From: Chthoniobacterales bacterium
GTDB taxonomy: Bacteria > Verrucomicrobiota > Verrucomicrobiia > Chthoniobacterales > Chthoniobacteraceae
Assembly (NCBI GenBank): GCA_038207335.1
Contig: JBBQZX010000001.1
Span: forward strand, 160,001 to 224,000
DNA length: 64,000 bases
Direction of reading: 5' to 3'
Below are positions 11,540 to 19,849 of the stretch, one piece after another. A program made the translations under genes and the position numbers. Below the pieces are notes generated by a model, which did not search any database, was not told the origin of the DNA, and saw nothing but the letters and a program-made list of their open reading frames with translations. Each line of letters begins with the position of its first letter. The stretch's first letter is position 1.

Positions 11540-11727
11540 GAGCACCCGAACTCGACCTCGAATTTCCAGTGTTTGATGACACCGCTTTTCCCGCGCCAGA
11601 ACTGACCCTTACGGAGTGGCTCGAGTGGCTCGACTGGGCAAAGCGTGAGTTCGTCTCCGCCGAGCATCTCGAGCAATGGATCAACGATCCTGAGCGTCGC
11701 GCCGTCGAAGTCCCATTTACGCTTTGA
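11536..11727 (+). CDS. Small acidic hypothetical protein (63 aa), coupled to the nucleotidyltransferase
   Basis: ATGA overlap with the upstream stop; MRAPELDLEFPVFD...VEVPFTL fills the gap before the next gene. Confidence 0.65.
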   Translation: MRAPELDLEFPVFDDTAFPAPELTLTEWLEWLDWAKREFVSAEHLEQWINDPERRAVEVPFTL

Positions 11728-11752
11728 GTTCGTCCTCCAGCGCGTTCTATCC

Positions 11753-12973
11753 TTGAAAGCCCTCTTCCTCACCAACGAATTCCCGCCGACCGTCTACGGC
11801 GGCGCGGGTGTCCATGTCGATTACCTCAGCCGCGAGCTCGCGAAGCTCATGGACATCGAGGCCCGCTGCTATGGCAAAGACGGGCGCGAAGTCCGCGTCG
11901 ATGAGCCCCACCTCCACGCCACCGCCTACGGCATCGACACCACCGGCTATACCGCCCCCGCGCAACTCCACTCCGTCTTCGCCGCCGTCCAGCGCGACCT
12001 CGACTGGAATACCACCGCCATCGACGCCGACCTCGTCCACCTCCACACGTGGTACACCCACCTCGGCGGCATCCTCGCAAAGCTCAACTACGGCATCCCC
12101 ATGGTCCTCACCGTCCATTCCCTCGAGCCCCTGCGCCCGTGGAAACGCGAGCAGCTCGGCGGCGGCTACGACTTTTCCTGCTGGGTCGAAAAGACCGCCA
12201 TCGAAATGGCCGACGCCGTCATCGCCGTCTCACGCGAGACAAAAGCGGACATCCTCCGGCTCTTCGATGTCGATGAGGCCAAAGTCCACATCATCTACAA
12301 CGGCATCGACCTAGACGAATACCAGCCCGTCACGACAACCGACGCACTCGTCCGCTACGGCATCGACCCCGCAGTGCCGTTTCTGCTCTTCGTCGGCCGC
12401 ATCACCCGGCAAAAAGGCATCGTCCACCTCGTCAACGCCATCCAGTACATGGAACCTGGCTTCCAAGTCGTCCTCTGTGCCGGCGCTCCCGACACCCCAG
12501 AGATCGCCGCCGAGATGAAAGCTGCCGTCGCCGCCACCACCGCCGCGCACCACGGCTCCGTCATCTGGATCGAGGAAATGGTCAACAAGACCACCGTCTA
12601 TGAGCTCTACAGCCAGGCCGCGGTCTTTTGCTGCCCGTCCATCTACGAGCCCTTCGGCATCATCAATCTCGAAGCCATGGCCTGCGAAACCGCCGTCGTA
12701 GCCAGCGCCGTCGGCGGCATTAAGGAAGTCGTCGTCGAAGGCGAAACCGGCTTCCTCGTCCCTCTCGAGCAAATGACCGAGAGCCCCTTCGCGCCCTTGA
12801 ACCCCGACCAATTCTCACGCGACCTCGCCGCCCGGATCAATCAGCTCATGGCCGACCCCGCGCTCCGCGAGCAGATGGGAAAAGCGGGCCGCCAGCGTGC
12901 CATCGACATCTTCTCTTGGCGCGCGATCGCTGCGCAGACCCACGCGCTCTACGAGGAGCTTTTGCAAAAATAG
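11753..12973 (+). CDS. glgA: GT4 glucosyltransferase, GlgM/actinobacterial-type GlgA (maltose-1-phosphate/glycogen synthesis)
   Basis: TNEFPPTVYGGAGVHV, HSLEPLRPWKREQLGGGY, FVGRITRQKG, CPSIYEPFGIINLEAMA. TTG start inferred. Confidence 0.88.
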   Translation: MKALFLTNEFPPTVYGGAGVHVDYLSRELAKLMDIEARCYGKDGREVRVDEPHLHATAYGIDTTGYTAPAQLHSVFAAVQRDLDWNTTAIDADLVHLHTWYTHLGGILAKLNYGIPMVLTVHSLEPLRPWKREQLGGGYDFSCWVEKTAIEMADAVIAVSRETKADILRLFDVDEAKVHIIYNGIDLDEYQPVTTTDALVRYGIDPAVPFLLFVGRITRQKGIVHLVNAIQYMEPGFQVVLCAGAPDTPEIAAEMKAAVAATTAAHHGSVIWIEEMVNKTTVYELYSQAAVFCCPSIYEPFGIINLEAMACETAVVASAVGGIKEVVVEGETGFLVPLEQMTESPFAPLNPDQFSRDLAARINQLMADPALREQMGKAGRQRAIDIFSWRAIAAQTHALYEELLQK

Positions 12974-13118
12974 CGCACGCGGAAAAACTCGTACATTCCG
13001 CGATTCCGTCGTTTCGACTGCGCACGCGCCAATCGAAAAACGCCTCGAAGGCGCTCAAGGATTCACTCAATAGTGTGCTTCGCCACCACCGGCGTCCGCT
13101 TTCCCGCAGCTAGAATCC

Positions 13119-14060
13119 ATGAACTCTATTCACACTCGCCCGCTTGGACACACCGGCCTTCACGTCCCGATTCTCGGCTTCGGCGCTTCGTCGCTCGGAG
13201 CGGAGTTTCGCAATGTCACGCTCGATGAAGTGCTCGGCAGTGTCCGTGTCGCGCTCGAGTGCGGGCTGAACTTCATCGACACCTCGCCATTCTACGGCCG
13301 CGGCATGAGTGAGGTGCTGCTCGGCGTCGCGCTCAAAGGTGTGCCGCGCGACAGCTACACCCTTTGCACAAAGCTCGGACGTTACGACCTCGAGCACTTC
13401 GATTTTTCCGCGAAGCGCGTCGCCGAAAGCGTGGACGTGAGTCTTCACCGGCTCGGCACCGATCATCTGGACATCGTGCTGTGCCACGACATCGAATTCG
13501 TGCCGATGCAGCAGATCGTTGATGAGACGATCCCCGCCCTGCGAAAGGCGCAACAGGCCGGGAAGCTCCGATTTATCGGCATCTCCGGCTATCCGATGAA
13601 GGCCCTCGACTTCGTGCTGGAGCGGGCGGAGCTCGACTGCGTGCTCAGCTACAACCAATATACGCTGCAAAATACGCGCTTCGCCGATGCGCTCGTGCCA
13701 ACGCTCAAGTCGCGAGGAATCGGCGCGATGAATGCCGGCCCATTTTCCGCGCGCCTGCTAACGAATGCGCCGCTGCCCGCATGGCTGAAAGAGCCCGAGG
13801 AGGTGAAAGCCGCTGCCCGTCGCGCCGCCGGGTTGTGTGCGGACCGTGGAGTGGATCTCGCGAAGATCGCGCTCCAGTTTTCCTGCGCGAATCCCGATAT
13901 CGCTACGACCATCGCCGGTTCCGCCAACCCCGGCAATATCCGCAAGTGGGCCGACTGGGTCGCCGAGCCGATCGACTACGACCTCCTGCGCGAAGTCCTC
14001 GCGGTTTTCGCTTCGGTGAAAAACATCGGCCACCTCGAAGGTCTTCCTGAAAACAACTGA
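13119..14060 (+). CDS. Aldo/keto reductase (L-galactose/L-fucose dehydrogenase-like)
   Basis: LGFGASSLG, IDTSPFYG, TKLGRY, SLHRLGTDHLD. Confidence 0.85.
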   Translation: MNSIHTRPLGHTGLHVPILGFGASSLGAEFRNVTLDEVLGSVRVALECGLNFIDTSPFYGRGMSEVLLGVALKGVPRDSYTLCTKLGRYDLEHFDFSAKRVAESVDVSLHRLGTDHLDIVLCHDIEFVPMQQIVDETIPALRKAQQAGKLRFIGISGYPMKALDFVLERAELDCVLSYNQYTLQNTRFADALVPTLKSRGIGAMNAGPFSARLLTNAPLPAWLKEPEEVKAAARRAAGLCADRGVDLAKIALQFSCANPDIATTIAGSANPGNIRKWADWVAEPIDYDLLREVLAVFASVKNIGHLEGLPENN

Positions 14061-14111
14061 GCCCGTAGCGCGAACAGCGACTCTGCGCACGAACGGCTTG
14101 ACGCAATTTCC

Positions 14112-15143
14112 ATGAAAGCACTCCAACTCGAAAAACCTCGGACGTGGCGGCAAATCGATATCCCGGAACCGCCGCAGCCGGGCCCCGGCGAAGCGCTCGT
14201 GCGCGTGCAGCGCGTCGGCATCTGCGGCACCGACCTCGGCGGCTATCTCGGAAAGATGCCGTTCTTCAGCTATCCGCGAATCCCCGGCCACGAACTCGGC
14301 GTGGAAGTCATCGCGGTGGGCGATGGCGTGTCCAACGTCCAGCCCGGCGACCGCTGTGCCGTCGAGTGCTATCTCAACTGCCAGACGTGCTACTCGTGCC
14401 GTCGCGGTTTTACGAATTGCTGCGAAAATCATAAGACGCTCGGTGTAATGTGCGACGGCGGACTGACGGAGCGCATCATCCTGCCTGCGCGTAAGTTGCA
14501 CGTCGCCTCAAACCTCACGCCCGACCAGTGCGCGCTCGTCGAGACGCTTGCCATCGGCTGCCACGCGGTCGATCGCGGCAATCCGAAGCCAGGCGAAAAC
14601 GTGGTCATCATTGGTGCAGGGCCGATCGGGCTTTCGGCGCTGGAATTCGTGAAGCTCTCCGGCGCGAGACCGATCGTCATGGATATCAGCGAGTCGCGGC
14701 TGACCTTCGTGCGCGACAGGATGGGCGTTCCGGACACCATCCTGGTGCGGGTGGACGAGTCGGACATCCAGACAGCCAGTGCAATGACGGCCGGCCAGCT
14801 AGCCGACGTCGTCATCGACGCGACGGGCAATCACCAATCGATGGTGCGCGCGATGGAGTTTGCAGCATTCGCCGGACGGGTGGTTTTCGTCGGCATTACG
14901 CAGCAAAATCTCGAGTTTCCACACGCGCCTTTTCTCCATCGTCGCGAGCTTACACTCATGGCGAGTCGCAATGCCCTCAGTCGCGATTTTGCCCGGATCA
15001 TCCAGCTGATCGAGGAGGGTAAAATCGACACGAAACCGTGGATCACGCACCACGCGAAATTTGAGGAAGTGCCGGAGATTTTCCCGACATGGCTAAAGCC
15101 GGAAACTGGCGTTATCAAAGCCGTCGTGCATGTCACCCCTTGA
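14112..15143 (+). CDS. Zn-dependent sugar-acid/alcohol dehydrogenase (MDR family, LgoD/YjjN-like)
   Basis: GICGTD, GHE, CQTCYSCRRGFTNCC, GAGPIG. Confidence 0.85.
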   Translation: MKALQLEKPRTWRQIDIPEPPQPGPGEALVRVQRVGICGTDLGGYLGKMPFFSYPRIPGHELGVEVIAVGDGVSNVQPGDRCAVECYLNCQTCYSCRRGFTNCCENHKTLGVMCDGGLTERIILPARKLHVASNLTPDQCALVETLAIGCHAVDRGNPKPGENVVIIGAGPIGLSALEFVKLSGARPIVMDISESRLTFVRDRMGVPDTILVRVDESDIQTASAMTAGQLADVVIDATGNHQSMVRAMEFAAFAGRVVFVGITQQNLEFPHAPFLHRRELTLMASRNALSRDFARIIQLIEEGKIDTKPWITHHAKFEEVPEIFPTWLKPETGVIKAVVHVTP

Positions 15144-15325
15144 AACCCCATGCGCCGCGATCCAGTCCCCGACGGTAGAGTTCGTGAGATCGTTACCTCC
15201 GAGCGTTGATGATATTCGGTGCTCTGCCAACCAACTGCCACGCCTTCGAGCAAATGAACAGATTCATAAGTCTCCGCTAATCAGCGATTAAATCAGTTGG
15301 CAAGGCGCACCGGCAGTGCGAGGAG

Positions 15326-15401
15326 CGTCGAAACTTGTTTTACGCGTAAATCAATTCGACGTGTGTTTTGATTTTGACAGATTCCATCGAGCCATTACCG
15401 T
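15326..15401 (+). promoter_or_regulatory. Palindromic operator-like site plus sigma70-like promoter upstream of the surface protein
   Basis: CGTCGAA..TTTACGCGTAAA..TTCGACG dyad, then TTGACA (15374-79) and TACCGT 16 nt later. Confidence 0.4.
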
Positions 15402-15461
15402 CCGCGCGCCAGTATCAGGATTTAGGATCCTGAGAACGTAGCAAACCTCCACTTACTTACC

Positions 15462-18400
15462 ATGAGCCGACCTTTTCACATCAGCCGCTCCTCCATCGAA
15501 CCACTCGAGTCCCGAATCGCCCCGGCGGTGATCATCACGAATAACGCGGGCGCACTGAGCATCGTGAGCGATGGAGCCGGCGATACGATCGCTTTTTACG
15601 CGAAAAGTGGCGATGCGATGATGCTGGTGGTGGATGTGGACAATAATGGGTCTGCGGAACTGACTGTGGATAAGACGACGCTGACATCGATCACTGTGAC
15701 CGGTGCCGGCGGAGCGGACACGGTATTGATCGACCTGAAGAATGGCAATCCTGGACCGCTGGTGGCAGGAGCCTATACGTTTGCCTTTGATGGCGGGGGT
15801 GATGCGGGCGACAAGCTTGTCATCACGGACAGTCTCGCGACGGTGACTCCGAATTCGGCGACCGCGACATGGCGTCCGAGTAGCGCGACCAGCGCCGCCG
15901 GAAGCATTGATCTGGGGACGGGCAGCTACGGTTATACGACACTTTCGGCTGGGCTCGACGTTTCGAAAATCAGCGCGCTCTCGCTGATCACGGATGCGGG
16001 GATAGATACCTTTACATTGACGAACGGCGTCCTCTCCGGAACCGCCGGCGCGGCGTCTCATGCCTTGGTATTTTCGCAATTGCCGACGCTGACGATCGAC
16101 GTTGGATCGAAAGACGGCGCAACGGCCACGGCGGATACCGTTACGATCGCTTCTCTGACCGGTAGCGGGCTCAAGAACCTGACGGTGAGCACCGGCTCCG
16201 GCAGTGACCGACTCAATATCAATACTCCATCCCTGGTGCTCCCACAGACCGGCGGAACTTTTACTTTCGACGGTGGAAATGGAGACGATACGATCGCCCA
16301 CACCACTGGTGAAAATCTCACTCTGACCGACGCTTCGCTCGCTTCAAGCGCGGGCGGAACGGTGAGTCTCACGGGCGTGGAAAATGCGCTTTTGACCGGC
16401 GGGTCGGGCATCAACGTGTTTAACGTAAGCTCATGGCACGGCGTGGCGACTCTCGACGGTGCGGCTGGCGATGACACCTTCAACGTGACTTTCAATGGAG
16501 TGGCCGGAAGCGTGCAGATTGCGGGTGGCAGCGAAACCGACACCGTGAATCTCATCGGGACCGGAAGTAACGACTCCTTCACTATCACTGGGGGCAGTGT
16601 GGCACTGGGCGCTGAATCGGTGACTTTTGGCACGGTCGAGATGGTGAATCTCGACGCGCTCGGCGGCACGGACACTGTGACGCTGATGAACGGTGCAGTG
16701 AACGACCAGATCGTTGTGACTGCGGATAACACGGTGACCGCCGCCGGCATTCTTTTTAAGAATATCGAGGCATTCGACGCGGGCGCGGGAAGCGACACTG
16801 TGACTTTGATGACGGGTACGACTGATGAGACGATCCTCGTCACCGGCGACAATGCGGCCACTGTGCATGGGATTGCCTTCACGGGGATTGAGGCGCTCGA
16901 CGCTGGAGCTGGAAACGACACAGTGGTCCTGACGACCGGAGCGCTCGACGAGACCATCAACGTGACGGGTGACCAGGCGGCGACGGCACACCTGATTGCC
17001 TTCACGGGGATCGAGGCGCTCGACGCTGGAGCTGGAAACGACACGGTGGTGCTGATGACCGGAACAACGGACGAGACGATCAACGTGACCGGCAACAACG
17101 CGGCGACAGCGCACTTGATTGCCTTCACGAATATCGAGGCACTCGATGCGGGCGCTGGGAACGACACGGTGGTCCTGACGACAGGAGCGACCGATGAGAC
17201 GATTAGCGTGACCGGCGACAACGCGGCGACGGCACACCTGATTGCCTTTACGAATATCGAGGCACTCGACGCTGGAGCCGGAAACGACACGGTGGTGCTG
17301 ATGACTGGAACGACGGACGAGACCATCAACGTGACCGGCGACAACGCGGCGACTGCACGCCTGATTGCCTTTACGAACATTGAAGCGCTCGACGCTGGAG
17401 CTGGGAATGACACGGTGGTCCTGACGACAGGAGCGCTCGACGAGACGATCAACGTGACCGGCGACAACGCGGCGACAGCACACCTGATTGCCTTCACGAA
17501 CATCGAGGCGCTCGATGCTGGAACTGGAAACGATTCGGTGGTGCTGACGACCGGTGCGACGGACGAGACGATCAACGTGACCGGCGACAACGCGGCGACA
17601 GCGCACTTGATTGCCTTCACGAATATCGAGGCACTCGATGCGGGCGCTGGGAACGACACGGTGGTCCTGACGACAGGAGCGACCGATGAGACGATTAACG
17701 TGACGGGCGACAACGCGGCGACAGCGCACCTGATCGCATTCACGAACATCGAAAAACTCGACGCCGGAGCGGGGAGCGACACTGTCCAACTGCCGGCCAC
17801 AAATGACACCTTTACGATCACCGGGACCAACGCCGGCAGCGGCCTCGGCATCGCTTTCACGAATATCGAAGCTGTCGATGGCGGCGGGGGGATCGACACT
17901 CTGATCAACGACAGCGGAGTGAAATTTGCATCGGTGTCGCACTCGGTTGCCGGGATCACCGTCTCGAGTTTTGAGACGATCAACACCCCCGGGCTGCTCC
18001 TCACATCGGGCGATGACGACTTCACGGTGTCTGCATTCGGCGACGCCACGTTTGGAGGACAAAGCTACACCGGGCTCACCTGCGTGGATGCCCTAGGTGG
18101 CCAAGACACAATTAGAGCCACGGCTGACGCGGACTTCGTTCTCAGCGATACGCTCTTGCAGGTTGACCTCGTGACTCCGCTGCCACATCACTACGAGCTC
18201 ATGCTCGTTTCCTTCGAGAACGCAGTTCTCACCGGCGGGAGCAGCAAGAATACCTTCACGATCAACGGTTGGTCCGGCACTGGGACCTTCAATGGATTGG
18301 GTGAGGATGACTTTTTCAATATCCTAGCGTGGACGAATACCGGGACGATCAATGGTGGCGACGGAGATGATCTGGCTGATGTGTCCGGTTGGAAAGCCAA

Positions 18401-19661
18401 CGGTACCTACAACGGCGACGCTGACAGCAACACGGTCCAAGCGAAAAACGACGCGGACTTTGAATTAGCGGATGGTCCGACGTCGCCCCTCGCTGGCGCG
18501 ACGTTGAAGCGCTCGTTCCCCGGCCCGATCCTCATCACTACCGCCCTGAATGGCGTGAAGACAGCAAAACTTACCGCTGAAGGAGCGGCCAATTCATTCA
18601 CCATCTCGAAGTGGACTGGCTTGGGATCACTCACTGGGGTGGCGGGCGGGAGCAACTCGATCTTTGCGGAAAAAGACACGAATTTCGTGGTTTCTGATAC
18701 GCAGATAGCGACCTCGGTGGTCGGATCGGTAATTGCGCAGCCGAAAGTCAAGTTCAGAGGTCAGAACCATCCGGTGCCTTCGAAGGTGACATACTTGCAA
18801 AGCGGCTTGAACTTGGCGCTTGCGAACATCGCGAAGGTAACTCTCATCGGTGGGGCGTCTCAGAATTACCTCGATGCGGGTCAATTTACCGGCACGGTCA
18901 AGCTCGTCGGAATGGGCAATACCGACGTGTTGATCGCAGGCAAGGGCGACAGTCAGCTCTACGGTTTCGATGAGTCGTCGGCAGAACGCGATCCGGGAGC
19001 GGCGACCAAGATCAAGCGCAACGCCGACCACGATCATTTCTACGTCCGCGACAATCCCGGCATCGATGTGCTCGCCCAGATTTACGCGACCAACCGATCG
19101 GGGAATGTCATCCACTTCCGCGAGTCATCAGTGGCGGTGAATTACACTCTACCAACGGCACCGAAGGTGAAAAAAGGGGTGTCCAAGCCGTTGCTCCCAG
19201 ACGCAGTGGTGGCCGATGCACGGGTCAACACGAGCGGGTCAGGGAAGCTCGGAGTCTCGCTGCTGCGTGGAAGATTGCAGCATCTAGAGGGCTCTCAGTT
19301 TGATGACACGTTGAAGGGAAATAATCTTCTCAACTCTGCGTGGGGCGGAGCGGGGCGGGACACGTTCACACCAGTTGGGGCTGACTTCTTCTTCGGTGGC
19401 GATGACGGCGTGAGCGATGTCTACAATGGATTCTTCAAGTTTTACTTCGCCGATGGAGCGCTTTCGGATCCTTTGCTGACTGACGGATCCCGTGACCGGC
19501 CATTCTTTGTTGCAGATGCGGCGAAGGGCAGGAAAACCGTATACACCGAGCCATTCCTAAAATATTACGCACCGAACGCGGGCACGCCGCAGGTCGATGG
19601 CTCTGGCGAGCCTGTGTTCGAGTTGCGCCAGAGTGTGCTACCGCCTGTCGTGTCAACTTGA
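15462..19661 (+). CDS. Large extracellular adhesin-like beta-strand repeat protein with LEPR-XLL-type N-terminus and RTX-like GG-D motifs
   Basis: SIEPLESRIAPA at the N-terminus; Thr/Gly/Asp-rich; DAGAGNDT and GGAGRDT motifs; 41-aa tandem repeats. Confidence 0.8.
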   Translation: MSRPFHISRSSIEPLESRIAPAVIITNNAGALSIVSDGAGDTIAFYAKSGDAMMLVVDVDNNGSAELTVDKTTLTSITVTGAGGADTVLIDLKNGNPGPLVAGAYTFAFDGGGDAGDKLVITDSLATVTPNSATATWRPSSATSAAGSIDLGTGSYGYTTLSAGLDVSKISALSLITDAGIDTFTLTNGVLSGTAGAASHALVFSQLPTLTIDVGSKDGATATADTVTIASLTGSGLKNLTVSTGSGSDRLNINTPSLVLPQTGGTFTFDGGNGDDTIAHTTGENLTLTDASLASSAGGTVSLTGVENALLTGGSGINVFNVSSWHGVATLDGAAGDDTFNVTFNGVAGSVQIAGGSETDTVNLIGTGSNDSFTITGGSVALGAESVTFGTVEMVNLDALGGTDTVTLMNGAVNDQIVVTADNTVTAAGILFKNIEAFDAGAGSDTVTLMTGTTDETILVTGDNAATVHGIAFTGIEALDAGAGNDTVVLTTGALDETINVTGDQAATAHLIAFTGIEALDAGAGNDTVVLMTGTTDETINVTGNNAATAHLIAFTNIEALDAGAGNDTVVLTTGATDETISVTGDNAATAHLIAFTNIEALDAGAGNDTVVLMTGTTDETINVTGDNAATARLIAFTNIEALDAGAGNDTVVLTTGALDETINVTGDNAATAHLIAFTNIEALDAGTGNDSVVLTTGATDETINVTGDNAATAHLIAFTNIEALDAGAGNDTVVLTTGATDETINVTGDNAATAHLIAFTNIEKLDAGAGSDTVQLPATNDTFTITGTNAGSGLGIAFTNIEAVDGGGGIDTLINDSGVKFASVSHSVAGITVSSFETINTPGLLLTSGDDDFTVSAFGDATFGGQSYTGLTCVDALGGQDTIRATADADFVLSDTLLQVDLVTPLPHHYELMLVSFENAVLTGGSSKNTFTINGWSGTGTFNGLGEDDFFNILAWTNTGTINGGDGDDLADVSGWKANGTYNGDADSNTVQAKNDADFELADGPTSPLAGATLKRSFPGPILITTALNGVKTAKLTAEGAANSFTISKWTGLGSLTGVAGGSNSIFAEKDTNFVVSDTQIATSVVGSVIAQPKVKFRGQNHPVPSKVTYLQSGLNLALANIAKVTLIGGASQNYLDAGQFTGTVKLVGMGNTDVLIAGKGDSQLYGFDESSAERDPGAATKIKRNADHDHFYVRDNPGIDVLAQIYATNRSGNVIHFRESSVAVNYTLPTAPKVKKGVSKPLLPDAVVADARVNTSGSGKLGVSLLRGRLQHLEGSQFDDTLKGNNLLNSAWGGAGRDTFTPVGADFFFGGDDGVSDVYNGFFKFYFADGALSDPLLTDGSRDRPFFVADAAKGRKTVYTEPFLKYYAPNAGTPQVDGSGEPVFELRQSVLPPVVST
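16749..17855 (+). repeat. About 9 tandem 123-bp (41-aa) intragenic repeats
   Basis: Unit IAFTNIEALDAGAGNDTVVLTTGATDETINVTGDNAATAHL starts at 16749 (divergent copy), 16872, 16995, 17118, 17241, 17364, 17487, 17610 and 17733. Confidence 0.95.
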
Positions 19662-19849
19662 AATAAAGGTTCGCCCCGTCCCGAGGAGGCTTGAAAACGA
19701 CTCAACGATTGAGCTGCACGACGAAATCTCGCCGACACTCCTCGGGGTGAACGAGGCGAGGATGCTACTTCAGTTCAAATGATGACGATTTCCTGTGTTA
19801 TCGCTGGAATGCGAGGGCATGGCTGTTGCAGAGTTTCGCCTGTCTTTCG

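Noticed and set aside
16749..17855. Possible CRISPR array
   Set aside because: Contiguous in-frame 123-bp coding units with no unique spacers and no cas genes.
16058..18062. Long antisense ORFs (663 aa and 543 aa) with repeats
   Set aside because: Shadow frames of the 123-bp repeat region of the + strand adhesin; no independent motifs.
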